Positions 15,155 through 27,452 are shown, counted from the stretch's first letter. The stretch: 64,000 bases of DNA from an uncultured Pelagibacteraceae bacterium (GCA_902568425.1 CACFQM010000001.1:967-64966); one strand, 5' to 3'. Numbers and translations are program-made. The notes: a model not told the origin generated them from the sequence alone.

Positions 15155-16444
15155 TTATACATTTAAGAAAAGCCTTTGTGGCTCTTCTAATGAATCTTTT
15201 ACATTTTTTAAAAACGAAACTGCCTCTTTGCCATCAACAATTCTATGATCATAAGATAAAGCTAGATACATCATGGGCCTAATTATTATTTCCCCATCTT
15301 TAACAACTGCTCTTTCAATAATATTATGCATACCTAAAACTCCTGACTGTGGAGGATTTAATATCGGGGTTGAAAGCATAGAACCATAAATTCCCCCGTT
15401 TGTAATGGTAAAAGTTCCTCCCTGTAAATCTTCAATAGTTATTTTTCCATCTCTAGCCTTTTCACCTAAAGATAAAATATTTTTTTCAATTTCCGCAAAA
15501 GACATTTCATCTGGACTTCTGAGAACAGGTACCACTAAACCTCTATCTGTTCCTACTGCAAAACTGATATTATAATAATTTTTATAAACTATTATGTCTC
15601 CCTGTATTTCAGCATTTATAGCTGGAAAATTTTTCAATGCCGCAACGCAAGCTTTTACAAAAAAAGACATAAAACCAAGTTTTGTTGAAAATTTTTTAAT
15701 AAACTCGTTTTTATAATCATTTTTCATTTGTATTACTTTTGACATATCTACTTCATTAAAAGTCGTAAGCATCGCCGCATTATTTTGTGCCTCTTTTAAT
15801 CTTTTTGCTATCGTCATTCTTAATCTTGTCATTTTAATTTTTTCTTCAGGACCATGAGTTATTTTTCGTTTATTAGGAGCGGGTTTAGATCCCATTAAGT
15901 TTAATAAATCTTCTTTGAGTATAACTCCATTTTTTCCTGTACCTGCGATTTTGCTTAAATCAATATTCTTTTCGTTTGCAATTTTTCTTGCTGAAGGAGA
16001 AACAATTTTTTCTTGAACATAATTATCACTTTTAACCTCTTCAGACAGAATTAGTGTAGGTTCTTCTTTAACCTCCTCTAGAATTAAATTTTTTTCCACT
16101 TTTTTAGTTTTTTGTTTTATCGGTTTTTCAAAAATTTTAGGTATATCTTCCTCTTTTTTAGGTGGAGGAGTATATTTTTTTTCCTCTTTCTCAACTTTTT
16201 GTTCTTTTTTTTCACCTATACTTCCAAGTAAAGCTCCCACTTCTACTGTATCACCTTCTTTAACAGAAATATTTTCTAATACACCTTCTGATGGTGAAGG
16301 TACTTCTACATTTACTTTATCTGTCTCAAGCTCAACAATGGGCTCGTCGGAGTCAACTTTTTCTCCAACACTTTTAAGCCATTTTGAAACCGTTGCCTCT
16401 GTTACTGACTCGCCTAAAGCTGGAACAACTATTTTTTCTGACAT
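15155..16444 (-). CDS. sucB: 2-oxoglutarate dehydrogenase E2, dihydrolipoamide succinyltransferase
   Basis: N-terminal lipoyl domain (ELETDKV), an E3-binding segment (SPSARKIA) and the catalytic DHRIVDG. Confidence 0.95.
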   Translation of the reverse strand: MSEKIVVPALGESVTEATVSKWLKSVGEKVDSDEPIVELETDKVNVEVPSPSEGVLENISVKEGDTVEVGALLGSIGEKKEQKVEKEEKKYTPPPKKEEDIPKIFEKPIKQKTKKVEKNLILEEVKEEPTLILSEEVKSDNYVQEKIVSPSARKIANEKNIDLSKIAGTGKNGVILKEDLLNLMGSKPAPNKRKITHGPEEKIKMTRLRMTIAKRLKEAQNNAAMLTTFNEVDMSKVIQMKNDYKNEFIKKFSTKLGFMSFFVKACVAALKNFPAINAEIQGDIIVYKNYYNISFAVGTDRGLVVPVLRSPDEMSFAEIEKNILSLGEKARDGKITIEDLQGGTFTITNGGIYGSMLSTPILNPPQSGVLGMHNIIERAVVKDGEIIIRPMMYLALSYDHRIVDGKEAVSFLKNVKDSLEEPQRLFLNV

Positions 16445-16448
16445 TTGA

Positions 16449-19352
16449 TTAATTTAACCTACCTACTACCTTTTCTAATATTTCTTTTTGTTCTGCAAGA
16501 TGTTTGTTCAAGTTTCCTGTGGCTGGTGATGCCGCAGCATTTCTTCCAACATATTTTACTTTTTCACCTTTGATTTTAACGATTTCTAATGTTCTTTCGA
16601 TAAAATATTTAACAGTATTCCATGCTCCCATGTTCATCGGTTCTTCTTGGCACCAAATAAATTCTGCATTTTTGTACTTTTGAAGCTCCCTTCCTAAATG
16701 TTTTACAGGGAAAGGATATAGTTGCTCTACTCTTATAAAGACTATTTCATCATTTTTACTTTTTTCTCTAGCCTCTAATAGATCAAAATATATTTTACCT
16801 GAACACATAACAACTTTTTTTATTTTTTTATTTGTTTTTAGTTTTATAAGTTTACTATTTTCAAGGTAAGCATGGTCTTCTAAAATTCTGTGAAATCTTG
16901 TTTTTTTTGTGAAGTCTTCAAGATAAGAAATACATCTTTTATGTCTCAATAAAGATTTGGGAGTCATAACTATTAATGGCTTTCTAAAATCTCTTCTCAT
17001 TTGTCTTCTAAGTACGTGAAAATAATTAGCTGGAGTTGTGCAATTGACAACCTGTAAATTTTCTTGTGCACACAATTGTAAAAATCTCTCTAATCTTGCT
17101 GAAGAGTGTTCTGGTCCTTGTCCTTCGTAACCATGAGGAAGAAGCATCACCAGGCCACTTGCTCGTGACCATTTAGATTCACCAGAAGAGATAAATTGAT
17201 CTATAACTACTTGGGCTCCATTTGAAAAATCTCCAAATTGTGCTTCCCAAAGAACTAAAGTTTCAGGCTCCGAAAGAGAATATCCAAACTCAAAACCTAG
17301 GACACCAAGCTCTGACAATAAACTATCAATGACCTCAAAACTTTTTTGTTTCTTAGATAAATTATGCAAAGGTATATACCTATCGTGACTATCTTGATTT
17401 CTTAATACTGCATGTCTTTGACTAAAAGTTCCTCGACCAGAGTCTTGTCCAGAAAGTCTTACTGAAAAACCTTCATTTAGTAAAGTACCAAACGCCAAAA
17501 GCTCAGCTGTTGCCCAATCTATAGGTTTATTTTCAGTAAACATTTTTCTTTTATTTTCTAAAATTTTTAAAAGTGTTTTGTGAATATTAAAGTTATTTGG
17601 TACCTCTGTAATTTTTTTACCTACATTAATTAGATCTTTTTTCTCTACACCAGTTTTTCCTCTTTTATCTTTTCCTATTTCAGGTTTAAATCTAGACCAA
17701 ACTCCATCAAACCATGTCATTTTCTGTTTATAACTTTTTGCATTTTTAAATTCAGAGTTTAAAAAGTCTTTAAGCTTATTTTTTTCTTCATCAAAATCTT
17801 TTTGTGAAATTAAACCTTGGCTTATTAATTTTTTACCATAAATTTCTAGCGTAGTAGGATGGCTTCGTATTTTTTTGTACATAAGTGGCTGTGTAAAAGA
17901 TGGTTCATCACCCTCGTTATGTCCAAAACGTCTATAGCAGACCATATCAATAACAACATCGCTTTTAAATTTTTGTCTGAATTCTGTAGCAATCTTTGCA
18001 CAATGAACCACTGCTTCGGGATCGTCACCGTTAACATGAAGTATCGGAGCTTCTACCATTTTTGCAAGGTCTGAGGGATACGGTGAAGATCTAGCAAACC
18101 TTGGGGCTGTAGTAAAACCAATTTGATTGTTTACAATTATATGAATTGTACCGCCTGTATTATGTCCAGGTAATCCCGACATTGCAAAACACTCCGCTAC
18201 AACACCTTGCCCAGCGAATGCAGCATCTCCATGTATAAGAACTGGAATAACTTTTCTTCTCTCTTTGTCTTTATGAAAATATTGTTTTGCTCTTACCTGC
18301 CCTAAAACTATTGGATTTACTGCCTCGAGGTGTGAAGGATTATCTGTGAGACTGATGTGGACTAAATTTCCATCAAATTCTCTATTTGCAGATGCTCCTA
18401 AATGATATTTTACATCTCCCTCAAAATCTTTTTTGGAATCAATTTTTTCTCCAAAAAATTCTTTAAATATAAGTTTAAAAGGTTTTTGCATCATATTTGC
18501 AAGGACATTGAGCCTTCCTCTGTGAGGCATTCCAATTTTTACTTCTTTGACACCTAAATGGCCTCCTCTCTTTATGATTTGTTCTAATGCAGGTATAAGA
18601 GACTCCGCTCCATCAAGCCCAAACCTTTTTGTACCAACAAACTTTACATGTAGAAATTTTTCAAAACCTTCTGCCTCAATAAGTTTATTAAGTATTGCTT
18701 TTTTTCCATTTTCGGTAAATTTAATCCCTTTTTCTTTTCCTTCAATTCTCTCTCTAATCCATGTCCGCTCCACTGGATCAGACATATGCATGTACTCGTA
18801 ACCGATATTTCCACAATAAATATCTTTAGCCCTACTTATAAGAGTATCAATATCTGCAGACTCTAGTCCCAATGTACCGTCAAGAAATATTTTTCTTTTT
18901 TTACTTTGGTCATTAAATCCATATGTTGTTGGTTTAAGTTCGGGATGTTCTTTACTTACTTGTAAACCCAATGGATCTAGAGTTGCAAGTAAATGTCCTC
19001 TAATTCTGTAAGCACGCATTAAAGTACTGGCCCTAATTGAGTCCTTTGAATTTTGTTTAAAGGTTGATCCGTCAATATTTGATTCCTTAATTTCTTTACC
19101 GTTTGTTTCTGGTTCATCTCCGTTTTTATAATTAACCCTTTTGATTTTTTTTCTAGACCAACTTGGTCCATTTACAGTATTGATGATTTCTGATTTATTA
19201 TCTTTTAATCCATCAAAAAATTCTCTCCATTCACTAGAAATACTTCCAGGATTTTGGACGTATTGAGCATATAGTTCTTCAATAAATTCAGAGCTGTTTC
19301 CACCTAAAAATGAGGTTTTTTCAAATATGTTGTTATTTTTTACTGTAGACAT
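16449..19352 (-). CDS. sucA: 2-oxoglutarate dehydrogenase E1 component
   Basis: 967 aa. It has ThDP-binding blocks ([28 protein letters not shown]) and sits in the sucA-sucB-lpd context. Confidence 0.97.
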   Translation of the reverse strand: MSTVKNNNIFEKTSFLGGNSSEFIEELYAQYVQNPGSISSEWREFFDGLKDNKSEIINTVNGPSWSRKKIKRVNYKNGDEPETNGKEIKESNIDGSTFKQNSKDSIRASTLMRAYRIRGHLLATLDPLGLQVSKEHPELKPTTYGFNDQSKKRKIFLDGTLGLESADIDTLISRAKDIYCGNIGYEYMHMSDPVERTWIRERIEGKEKGIKFTENGKKAILNKLIEAEGFEKFLHVKFVGTKRFGLDGAESLIPALEQIIKRGGHLGVKEVKIGMPHRGRLNVLANMMQKPFKLIFKEFFGEKIDSKKDFEGDVKYHLGASANREFDGNLVHISLTDNPSHLEAVNPIVLGQVRAKQYFHKDKERRKVIPVLIHGDAAFAGQGVVAECFAMSGLPGHNTGGTIHIIVNNQIGFTTAPRFARSSPYPSDLAKMVEAPILHVNGDDPEAVVHCAKIATEFRQKFKSDVVIDMVCYRRFGHNEGDEPSFTQPLMYKKIRSHPTTLEIYGKKLISQGLISQKDFDEEKNKLKDFLNSEFKNAKSYKQKMTWFDGVWSRFKPEIGKDKRGKTGVEKKDLINVGKKITEVPNNFNIHKTLLKILENKRKMFTENKPIDWATAELLAFGTLLNEGFSVRLSGQDSGRGTFSQRHAVLRNQDSHDRYIPLHNLSKKQKSFEVIDSLLSELGVLGFEFGYSLSEPETLVLWEAQFGDFSNGAQVVIDQFISSGESKWSRASGLVMLLPHGYEGQGPEHSSARLERFLQLCAQENLQVVNCTTPANYFHVLRRQMRRDFRKPLIVMTPKSLLRHKRCISYLEDFTKKTRFHRILEDHAYLENSKLIKLKTNKKIKKVVMCSGKIYFDLLEAREKSKNDEIVFIRVEQLYPFPVKHLGRELQKYKNAEFIWCQEEPMNMGAWNTVKYFIERTLEIVKIKGEKVKYVGRNAAASPATGNLNKHLAEQKEILEKVVGRLN

Positions 19353-19389
19353 TATTTTTAAATCTCATATTAACATAAAAAATTTAAAT

Positions 19390-20265
19390 TTAACTATTTA
19401 GTTTGTCAAATAATGTTTTCCCTATATCTGCGGGTGACTCTGAAATAGTAATACCAGCTGACTTCATTAGCTCAATTTTATTTTCTGCTCCACCTTGTCC
19501 TCCAGAAATTATCGCTCCTGCATGACCCATTCGTCTTCCAGGAGGCGCAGTAAGCCCAGCAATAAAACCAACGATAGGTTTATTAATCTTAGATTTTTTG
19601 ATAAAATCTGAAGCTTCTTCCTCAGCAGAGCCCCCTATTTCACCAATCATGATTATTGACTCTGTCTCAGGGTCTTTTAAAAATAATTCAAGACAATCAA
19701 TAAAGTTTGTTCCATTAATAGGGTCGCCACCAATACCTATACATGTCGACTGTCCCATGCCGTTTTCGGTTGTTTGTGCAACAGCCTCATACGTTAAAGT
19801 TCCTGATCTTGAAACAATACCAACTTTCCCCTTTTTATGTATATCTCCAGGCATAATTCCAATTTTACATTCACCAGGAGTAATTATTCCAGGACAATTA
19901 GGTCCAATCAATCTACTTTTACTTTTTTTAAGAAGGTTTTTTACTTTCACCATGTCCAGAACTGGAACGCCCTCAGTTATACAAACTATAAGATCTATTT
20001 CTGCTTCCATTGCTTCAATAATTGCAGATGCAGCAAATTTTGCAGGCACATATATCATTGTTGCTGTTGCTCCAGTTTTATTAACTGCATCTTTTACTGT
20101 ATCAAATACTGGAAGATTTAAATGTTTCTGCCCTCCTTTTTTAGGAGTGACACCACCAACTAACTGTGTTCCATATTTTATTGCTTGTTCTGAATGAAAT
20201 GTTCCATGCTTTCCTGTAAAGCCTTGGCAAATAACTTTTGTGTTTTTATCTATTAGAATAGACAT
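19390..20265 (-). CDS. sucD: succinyl-CoA synthetase subunit alpha
   Basis: [21 protein letters not shown] and the phosphohistidine loop GHAGAI. Confidence 0.97.
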   Translation of the reverse strand: MSILIDKNTKVICQGFTGKHGTFHSEQAIKYGTQLVGGVTPKKGGQKHLNLPVFDTVKDAVNKTGATATMIYVPAKFAASAIIEAMEAEIDLIVCITEGVPVLDMVKVKNLLKKSKSRLIGPNCPGIITPGECKIGIMPGDIHKKGKVGIVSRSGTLTYEAVAQTTENGMGQSTCIGIGGDPINGTNFIDCLELFLKDPETESIIMIGEIGGSAEEEASDFIKKSKINKPIVGFIAGLTAPPGRRMGHAGAIISGGQGGAENKIELMKSAGITISESPADIGKTLFDKLNS

Positions 20266-20269
20266 TTAT

Positions 20270-21427
20270 TTATTTTATAGCCTTTACTATTTTTTTTGCT
20301 GCATCGTTAAGATTATCTGCTGATAGTATTTTTAAACCTGATGCATCAAGAATTTTTTTTCCTTCTTTAAAATTAGTGCCAGCTAAACGTACAACTAAAG
20401 GAACTTTTAATTTTACATTTTTTGCAGCCTCAACAACACCCTGAGCAAGAACATCACACTGCATAATTCCACCAAATATATTTATCAATACTCCTTTTAC
20501 GTTTTTGTCTGAGAGTAAAATTTTAAAAGCAGCTGTAACTTTTTCTTTACTTGCTCCACCGCCAACATCTAAAAAATTTGCAGGTTCCTCACCGTAAAGT
20601 TTTATTATATCCATGGTAGCCATTGCTAAGCCTGCACCGTTAACCATACACCCTATAGATCCATCTAATTTAATATAAGCTAAATCATGTTTACTGGCTT
20701 CAATCTCAGATGGATTTTCTTCATTTAAATCTCTGAGTTTTGAAATTTCTGGATGTTTAAAAATAGCATTATCATCAAAATTCATTTTTGCATCTAGGCA
20801 GAGTATTTTATTATTTTGTGTTATTACCAATGGATTTATTTCAATTAAAGATGCATCTTTTTTAATTAACGCGCTATACATCGCTTTAACTAATTTTGTT
20901 GCGCTGTTCATTTGGTTTTTGTCTAATTGATAAATTTGTAATATATTTTTTATTTCTTCAGGGCTTAAATTGGGTCTAAGATCTACTTTTGTTGTTATAA
21001 TTTTTTCAGGATTTTTTTTTGCTACAGCTTCTATATCCACACCACCCTCAGTACTACTTATGAAAGCAATTTTAGAACTTTGTCTATCTATAAGACATGA
21101 TAGATATAATTCTTTTTTAATATCATAAGCCTTTTGAATATATATTCTTTTTATAACTCGTCCCTCAGGACCGGTTTGGGGTGTTACTAAAACTTTACCA
21201 AACAACTGTTTTGCAACATCTACTATATCTTTTTTTTTAACTAACTTTACCCCTCCCGCTTTTCCTCTACCACCAGCATGTATTTGAGCTTTTAAAACAA
21301 ATTGGTCGGTATTTAGATCTTTAATTTTTTCAGTAATATCATCAGAATTGAATATAATCACCCCCTCTGTTACGGGGGCTCCAAAATCTTTTAAAATATC
21401 TTTTGCTTGATGTTCATGAATATTCAT
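20270..21427 (-). CDS. sucC: succinyl-CoA synthetase subunit beta
   Basis: MNIHEHQAKDIL is the canonical SucC start, at ATG 21425-21427. The tracked ORF extends 14 codons further, to 21469. It has an ATP-grasp N-domain and a GGIMQCD block. Confidence 0.95.
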   Translation of the reverse strand: MNIHEHQAKDILKDFGAPVTEGVIIFNSDDITEKIKDLNTDQFVLKAQIHAGGRGKAGGVKLVKKKDIVDVAKQLFGKVLVTPQTGPEGRVIKRIYIQKAYDIKKELYLSCLIDRQSSKIAFISSTEGGVDIEAVAKKNPEKIITTKVDLRPNLSPEEIKNILQIYQLDKNQMNSATKLVKAMYSALIKKDASLIEINPLVITQNNKILCLDAKMNFDDNAIFKHPEISKLRDLNEENPSEIEASKHDLAYIKLDGSIGCMVNGAGLAMATMDIIKLYGEEPANFLDVGGGASKEKVTAAFKILLSDKNVKGVLINIFGGIMQCDVLAQGVVEAAKNVKLKVPLVVRLAGTNFKEGKKILDASGLKILSADNLNDAAKKIVKAIK

Positions 21428-21447
21428 AAGAAATTTATCTATATTTT

Positions 21448-22998
21448 TTAATTTTTCTGACTGAAACAATTTGAAATATCATGTTCAGATAAAATAATGT
21501 TTATTTCTTTTGTTATTATACATTTTTTGGACAAAAGGAAATCAAATGTTTTTATATCTAGAGGTTTAATTGTATATATTTTTTTAACTTTATTTTTAAT
21601 TAATTTTTTTTGATAAAAGTCTTTATAATACTCATGAAATTTATTCTCTTTAGTTGGATAACTCACACCATCTGATGTATACCACCTATTAGGAGAATAT
21701 ATATCGTGTTCAAGTTCAGATAAAATAAATTGATAGTTTGTTATAATTATTGAGCCTTTTTTATCTCTCAAAAAATCAATGCTCTGTTTAATTAAAGCTA
21801 CTTCGTCAAAATTATCTTTGTTTGTATATTTTGTAACCCATCTTAAACCATTTATTTTTGATGAGATAATATTTCCATCAATAAAATTTGTTTTACTAAC
21901 GTATTCTATATCAATGAATTTCCTATCAACATTAAATCTTAGGTGATACTTAGATACAACAAATATATTTAATAATACAATTGTATAAATTAAAAATTTT
22001 TTATTTGTTTTTATTTGAGAATGTAACAATCCAACTAAGATTGGTAATAAAAAAAAAATGATTATTTGATTTTTCATTAACATCTGGTTTAGAATTAGTA
22101 TGACAGTGGATGATAATAAAATAAATGTAGTTTCAAAGATTATATTTTTTTTGTTACGAAATTTTCTTCTTTCTTGGAAAAAAGTTATTAAAAGAGATAA
22201 GCAAATAATTGAAAAAAATTTTAATTCATTAATCATAAGATATAAAAGACTTAACAAATTTAAGGTATTTGATCGTGAATTTCCTATAGATAATGGAAAT
22301 AACAGGTATTGAATAACAAAATCTTTAAATCCAATATTTAGAAAACTTAAAAATAGAAAAAATATTAGAAGAACTGTAATAGTTGATAAAAAACCCCAAA
22401 ATAAAACTTTATAGTTTCTGGAAATAAAGGAAAAAAATATGTAATAAAATGATATAAAAATTATGAAGAAAGCAGCTGGTATTTGTTTAGAAATAAAAGC
22501 GATTAATAATAAAGGTGGAATTAAATACCAATAATAATCCCTATTATTTTTTAAAGCAAATATCAAAAAATAAACCGCGATTAAGGATATTAATATTGAG
22601 TGATGATCTGGAAAAGGTACGCCTGAAGAGGGATAGGCTAAAATCGAAACTGATATACTATAAAATAAGGATAAATAAGAACTTAGTCCTTCCTCTATAA
22701 AAAATTTATAAGTAATTGCTGCAAAAATAAAATTAATTATTGAGGGATGCAATAAATATACAAACCAATTTACACCAAATAGCTTAAAAAAAACTCCTTG
22801 TAGAATATCTACAAAAAAACCATTTGAAGTCCAAAAATCTCTGATTGGTACAAATTGTTTTGTAAAATAATAGGAAGAGTCAAAAAAAGCAAATGTATCG
22901 ATAGGAAAAACACCAATTGATCCAAAATAGAAATTTACAAAAAACGATGATAAAAAAATTAGGGATAAATTTATTAAATCAGTTTTTTTTGTTTTCAT
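21448..22998 (-). CDS. polytopic membrane protein, GT-C (ArnT/PMT-like) glycosyltransferase-like architecture; function unproven
   Basis: 516 aa. The first roughly 340 aa form about 10 or more hydrophobic helices, with acidic residues in the first loop (PIDTFAFFDSS), followed by a soluble C-terminal domain of about 170 aa. This is an architectural call only. The stop of the upstream ORF overlaps its start by 4 nt. Confidence 0.5.
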   Translation of the reverse strand: MKTKKTDLINLSLIFLSSFFVNFYFGSIGVFPIDTFAFFDSSYYFTKQFVPIRDFWTSNGFFVDILQGVFFKLFGVNWFVYLLHPSIINFIFAAITYKFFIEEGLSSYLSLFYSISVSILAYPSSGVPFPDHHSILISLIAVYFLIFALKNNRDYYWYLIPPLLLIAFISKQIPAAFFIIFISFYYIFFSFISRNYKVLFWGFLSTITVLLIFFLFLSFLNIGFKDFVIQYLLFPLSIGNSRSNTLNLLSLLYLMINELKFFSIICLSLLITFFQERRKFRNKKNIIFETTFILLSSTVILILNQMLMKNQIIIFFLLPILVGLLHSQIKTNKKFLIYTIVLLNIFVVSKYHLRFNVDRKFIDIEYVSKTNFIDGNIISSKINGLRWVTKYTNKDNFDEVALIKQSIDFLRDKKGSIIITNYQFILSELEHDIYSPNRWYTSDGVSYPTKENKFHEYYKDFYQKKLIKNKVKKIYTIKPLDIKTFDFLLSKKCIITKEINIILSEHDISNCFSQKN

Positions 22999-24257
22999 CT
23001 AAAATTTTCAAAACTTACCTTGTATAGGCCTTCACCATCTGCAGAAATAATAAAGCTATTTTTTTTTTGGAATAATTTATTATCAATATTTAACCCAAAA
23101 TGTCTTAGTCTTTGTTCTATTTTAAATTTTTCAATATTAATTAAGTTTAATTTTTTTTTGTCAATTAGAATTACAAAAAGAGACATTTCTCTAAGGCTGA
23201 GTGAAATTAGACAATAATTTTCTTTGTAATAATTTTTTAAATTTTCGGGGCAATTATTTAAGGAAGAAGGTGCAACAGATGGTAAAAATGTAAACAATGG
23301 TTTTTCAAATTTATCATCATATTTTTTATAACTTTTTCCATTATTATATTTTGTTCCATATGAGATAATAGGCCACCCATAATTTCTACCTTCTAAAATC
23401 AAATTTATTTCATCTCCACCTTGTGGACCATGCTCAACAGAAAAGATTATATTTTCATTTAATACCAAGCCTTGCGGGTTTTTATGACCTAAAGAAAATA
23501 TTTTATAATCCTCTGGGTTAATTTCATCTTGTAAAAATGATTTAGATTTAAATTTTATTATTTTTCCATAAAATGATTTTTCTTCTTGCGCTAAAGAGCT
23601 AATTTTTTCTGAATTCCACTCTGGTGCACCAAGAGTTAAAAATATATCCCTATTGTTTTCAATATATGCACCTCCAATTCCATTAAAATCGATATTTTCA
23701 ATATCATCTATGCAATCAGTTGAAAAAATTTTTTTTCCGGTATTCAAATTTATCAAGGACGCATTAAAACAGTTTAAGTTTTGAGTTGAAATCAATGCAA
23801 AGTAATTTTTTTTGTACCTTATTATAGATTTTACACCACCATTCTTACTAAAGTATGAATCAACTGGTATATTTATTTCTTTTACCTTTTTGTTGTCAAA
23901 TATAAGTAATCCATTTTGTAAAAATACATTAAGATTAATTTTTTTAAAGTCATTTCCATCAATAAATACTCCTGCAGTTTTTCCATCAAACGATAGAATT
24001 TTTTCTAATTTTAAATCGTAAGAATTTCCCTCAATTAATTTTGCGGTATCAAGTGGATTTTTTGAATTTTCATTTTCTTGAGTTTTTATTACTTGTTTTG
24101 AATGAATAAAAGACTCAGTAAACCCAGTTTTTTTTAGATAGAATTTTAAGTACTTTTTGGGCTTTTCAATTATTATTGGATATTCGTACCCAATAAATAT
24201 AAAGATAGCAGCTAAAGGAACATATATGAGTTTTTTAAGAAATTTATAATTCAACAT
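22995..24257 (-). CDS. membrane-anchored PQQ-type glucose/sorbosone dehydrogenase-like beta-propeller protein
   Basis: N-terminal TM anchor (LIYVPLAAIFIFIGY). The C-terminal block HGPQGGDEINLILEGRNYGWPIISYG matches the conserved soluble quinoprotein glucose/sorbosone dehydrogenase (GSDH) motif. Confidence 0.65.
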   Translation of the reverse strand: MLNYKFLKKLIYVPLAAIFIFIGYEYPIIIEKPKKYLKFYLKKTGFTESFIHSKQVIKTQENENSKNPLDTAKLIEGNSYDLKLEKILSFDGKTAGVFIDGNDFKKINLNVFLQNGLLIFDNKKVKEINIPVDSYFSKNGGVKSIIRYKKNYFALISTQNLNCFNASLINLNTGKKIFSTDCIDDIENIDFNGIGGAYIENNRDIFLTLGAPEWNSEKISSLAQEEKSFYGKIIKFKSKSFLQDEINPEDYKIFSLGHKNPQGLVLNENIIFSVEHGPQGGDEINLILEGRNYGWPIISYGTKYNNGKSYKKYDDKFEKPLFTFLPSVAPSSLNNCPENLKNYYKENYCLISLSLREMSLFVILIDKKKLNLINIEKFKIEQRLRHFGLNIDNKLFQKKNSFIISADGEGLYKVSFENFR

Positions 24258-24290
24258 TTTTAATATTTACATGATTTTAAAATTAATTAA

Positions 24291-24971
24291 ATGAAATATC
24301 CAGGACAAGAATTAGAAAATTTTGATAAAGCAACGGTTTGGAGGAAATATGTATATTTTGAGATAAAAAAATTTATAATTGGTAATACCCTAGAGGTAGG
24401 TGCAGGAATTGGAAGTTTTACAAATAATTATAAACACCTAGTAAAAAATTTAACATTAAGTGAATTGGATGAAGAAAATTTTCAATATATTAAAAAAAAA
24501 TTTGAAAGTGAAAACATTAAAATTACTAATAGTTTAACTGAAAATATTAATGAAAGTTTCGATACTATTATGTACCTTAATGTCTTGGAACACATTAAAG
24601 ATGACATTGAAGAAATAAACCAAGCTTTTAAAAAATTAAATAAAAATGGCCATTTAATTATTTTAGTTCCAGCTCATAACAAATTATATTCAAAATTTGA
24701 CAAAGAAATCGGCCACCATAAGAGGTATGAGATGGAATTTTTTAAAAATATTAATATTAATAGCAGCGAAATCTCTAAAATTATTTATCTAGATGCTACA
24801 GGATATTTTTTGTACTATTTGAACAGGATTTTTTTTAAAGAGGAAGTATATCCTTCAAAACTTAAGATTTTCTTGTGGGATAAGTTTTTTACACCAATTA
24901 CATTTTTTTTGGATAAAATTCTTTTAAATAGGGTTGGAAAAAATATAATTTATATTTTGAAAAAGTTATAA
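24291..24971 (+). CDS. class I SAM-dependent methyltransferase
   Basis: Motif [12 protein letters not shown], then [13 protein letters not shown] and [12 protein letters not shown] (Methyltransf_11/23-like). It is divergent from the GSDH-like gene (33-nt spacer) and overlaps the mdh 3' end by 6 nt. Confidence 0.75.
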   Translation: MKYPGQELENFDKATVWRKYVYFEIKKFIIGNTLEVGAGIGSFTNNYKHLVKNLTLSELDEENFQYIKKKFESENIKITNSLTENINESFDTIMYLNVLEHIKDDIEEINQAFKKLNKNGHLIILVPAHNKLYSKFDKEIGHHKRYEMEFFKNININSSEISKIIYLDATGYFLYYLNRIFFKEEVYPSKLKIFLWDKFFTPITFFLDKILLNRVGKNIIYILKKL

Positions 24972-25928
24972 GGATAAATCTTTATCAATCTTTTTGGCTG
25001 AATTAAAAAGTTCTTCAACAGCTTTGATTGATTTTTTAAAATTTGTTTTTTCCTCTTCATCTAATTCAATTTCAATAATTTTTTTAACTCCTTCACTACC
25101 TATTATTACAGGTACTCCAGCATATAAATTTGAAACTCCATACTCCCCATTTAAAAAAGCTGCGCAAGGTAATTGTTTATTTAAATTTTTTAAATAACTT
25201 TCTGCCATTTCAACTCCAGATGAAGCTGGGGCATAAAAAGCTGAGCCCTTTTCAAGGTATTTGACAATCTCTGCACCACCTTTTTTTGTTCTATTTATTA
25301 TAGAGTCAATTTTTTCTTGTGAAATTAATCCTTTCTTAATTAGATTTTTTAAGTTTTGTCCATCAACTTTAGTATGATTAGTCATTGCAACCATTGTGTC
25401 TCCATGTCCTCCTAGAACAAATGACTGGATTTTATTTGTTGAAATCTGCAATTCTTGCGAAAGAAAAAAAATAAATCTCGATGTATCTAAAATACCTGCC
25501 ATACCAACTACTTTAGTCTTTGGTAATCCTGAATATTTTTGTAAAGCCATTACTATAACATCTAAAGGATTGGTTATACATATTACAAAGGCATTTGGTG
25601 AATTATTTTTTATTCCTTCAGCAACTTGTTTAATAATTTTAAGATTAATTCCAAGCAAATCATCTCTGGTCATTCCTGGTTTTCTAGGTACCCCAGCTGT
25701 TATTATAACTACGTCTGAGTCTTTGATATCTTTATAATTATTTGTACCAGAAATTTTTACATTAAAATTTTCGATAGGAGAAGACTGCGATATATCTAAC
25801 GCTTTTCCTTTTGCTAAACCCTCTGCCACATCAAAAAGAACTATGTCTGCAAGTTCTTTCAAAGCTATAAGATGTGCTAAGGTTCCACCAATTTGACCAG
25901 CACCTATGAGAGATATTTTTTTAGTCAT
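24966..25928 (-). CDS. mdh: malate dehydrogenase (LDH-like, 320 aa)
   Basis: [12 protein letters not shown] Rossmann motif, [13 protein letters not shown], and the catalytic GGHGDTMV. Confidence 0.97.
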   Translation of the reverse strand: MTKKISLIGAGQIGGTLAHLIALKELADIVLFDVAEGLAKGKALDISQSSPIENFNVKISGTNNYKDIKDSDVVIITAGVPRKPGMTRDDLLGINLKIIKQVAEGIKNNSPNAFVICITNPLDVIVMALQKYSGLPKTKVVGMAGILDTSRFIFFLSQELQISTNKIQSFVLGGHGDTMVAMTNHTKVDGQNLKNLIKKGLISQEKIDSIINRTKKGGAEIVKYLEKGSAFYAPASSGVEMAESYLKNLNKQLPCAAFLNGEYGVSNLYAGVPVIIGSEGVKKIIEIELDEEEKTNFKKSIKAVEELFNSAKKIDKDLSL

Positions 25929-25932
25929 TTTT

Positions 25933-27426
25933 TTATTTCATTGTAGGCATCACAAATTCTGGATCTGATTTAATTCCTGATGGCCATCTTGATGTGATTG
26001 TTTTTAATTTAGTATAAAATCTTACTCCTTCGGGTCCATGTATACTTTGATCTCCAAATAAAGATCTTTTCCATCCTCCAAAACTATGAAAAGCCATTGG
26101 AACAGGTATTGGTATATTAATTCCTACCATTCCAATTTTAACTTTACTTGCAAAAGATCTGCCTGTATCTCCGTCTCTTGTAAATATACTTGTTCCATTT
26201 CCAAATTCATGGTCATTAACTAAAGATAATGCTTCTTCGTAATCTTTAGCTCTCACAACAGAAAGAACTGGCCCAAATATTTCCTCTTTATAAATTCTCA
26301 TATCTTTTTTAACATTGTCGAATAGACATCCACCCATATAAAAACCATTTTCATAACCCTGGAGTTTTAAATTCCTTCCATCAACAACTAACTTTGCTCC
26401 CTCTTTTACACCAATATCAACATATCCCTTAACTTTTTCTAAGTGCTCTTTAGTGACCAGTGGTCCCATTTGAGATTTCTTATCTAGTCCAGGACCAATC
26501 TTAAGTGACTCGACTTTTTTTGATAAACTTTCAACCAATGGAGCAGCAATTTTTCCAACAGCCACCGCAACTGATTGAGCCATACATCTCTCCCCAGCTG
26601 ATCCATATGCTGCTCCCATCAAACCATTTACCGCTTGATCTAAATCACAATCTGGCATGACTACACAATGATTTTTTGCACCTCCCAATGCTTGAACTCT
26701 TTTTTCATTTTTTGCACAGTTTTCATAAATATATTTTGCTATAGGTGTCGAACCCACAAAACTAACTGCGGCGATATCTTTATTATTAATAATCGCATCT
26801 ACTGCCTCTTTATCTCCATTAACAACATTAAAAACACCAGGAGGAAGACCAGCTTCTAAAAATAATTCTGCTAATTTCATTGAACATGATGGGTCTTTTT
26901 CAGATGGTTTAAGAATAAAAGTATTTCCACAGGCTATTGCAATAGGAAACATCCACATGGGAACCATTGCCGGAAAGTTAAAAGGTGTAATACCAGCACA
27001 AACTCCAAGAGGCTGTCTCATTGACCAACTATCTACATTTGTACCAACATTCTCAGTAAATTCTCCCTTAAGTAATTGTGGTATACCACAAGCAAACTCA
27101 ACAACCTCTAAACCTCTTGTCAAAGAACCCTTGGCATCCTCATAAACTTTTCCATGTTCAGAAACAATAATCTTTGTTAGTTCATCATAATTTTTTTCAA
27201 TCAACTCTTTAAATTTAAAAAGTACTCGTGCTCTAAAAAGTGGAGTTTTTTCTGACCAACTAGGAAAAGCTTTTTTTGCTGCTTCGACAGCTTTATTTAA
27301 ATCAGTAGTGTTAGCTAAATTAACGTTAGAACTTACCTCTCCTGAAGCTGGGTTAAATACTTTTCCTGTTCTTTTAGATGAACCTTTTACAGTTTTACCG
27401 TTAATAAAATGCTCAATTGAATTCAT
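25933..27426 (-). CDS. mmsA: methylmalonate-semialdehyde dehydrogenase (CoA-acylating)
   Basis: 497-aa ALDH-superfamily protein. It has [17 protein letters not shown] and the catalytic Cys context GSAGERCMA, typical of the MMSDH subfamily. Confidence 0.88.
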   Translation of the reverse strand: MNSIEHFINGKTVKGSSKRTGKVFNPASGEVSSNVNLANTTDLNKAVEAAKKAFPSWSEKTPLFRARVLFKFKELIEKNYDELTKIIVSEHGKVYEDAKGSLTRGLEVVEFACGIPQLLKGEFTENVGTNVDSWSMRQPLGVCAGITPFNFPAMVPMWMFPIAIACGNTFILKPSEKDPSCSMKLAELFLEAGLPPGVFNVVNGDKEAVDAIINNKDIAAVSFVGSTPIAKYIYENCAKNEKRVQALGGAKNHCVVMPDCDLDQAVNGLMGAAYGSAGERCMAQSVAVAVGKIAAPLVESLSKKVESLKIGPGLDKKSQMGPLVTKEHLEKVKGYVDIGVKEGAKLVVDGRNLKLQGYENGFYMGGCLFDNVKKDMRIYKEEIFGPVLSVVRAKDYEEALSLVNDHEFGNGTSIFTRDGDTGRSFASKVKIGMVGINIPIPVPMAFHSFGGWKRSLFGDQSIHGPEGVRFYTKLKTITSRWPSGIKSDPEFVMPTMK

Positions 27427-27452
27427 TTTGTTATTAATGATTAATTAAGCTT

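Noticed and set aside
19598-20197. 199-aa plus-strand ORF (with a 94-aa one at 19837-20121) inside sucD.
   Set aside because: It is antisense to a confidently identified sucD and has low-complexity, Ser/Pro/Ile-rich composition, so it is a shadow ORF. The same reasoning applies to the other tracked antisense ORFs, including 348-530, 1106-1393, 10150-10476, 25396-25737, 34088-34345, 36134-36409, 47471-47800 and 50404-50613.
21428-21469. N-terminal extensions of tracked ORFs: sucC to 21469, leuB to 32854, leuD to 33446, ffh to 38177, and the hydrolase to 41301.
   Set aside because: In each case an internal ATG gives the canonical family N-terminus and removes an otherwise large overlap with the upstream gene. 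The longer forms are ORF-finder maxima.
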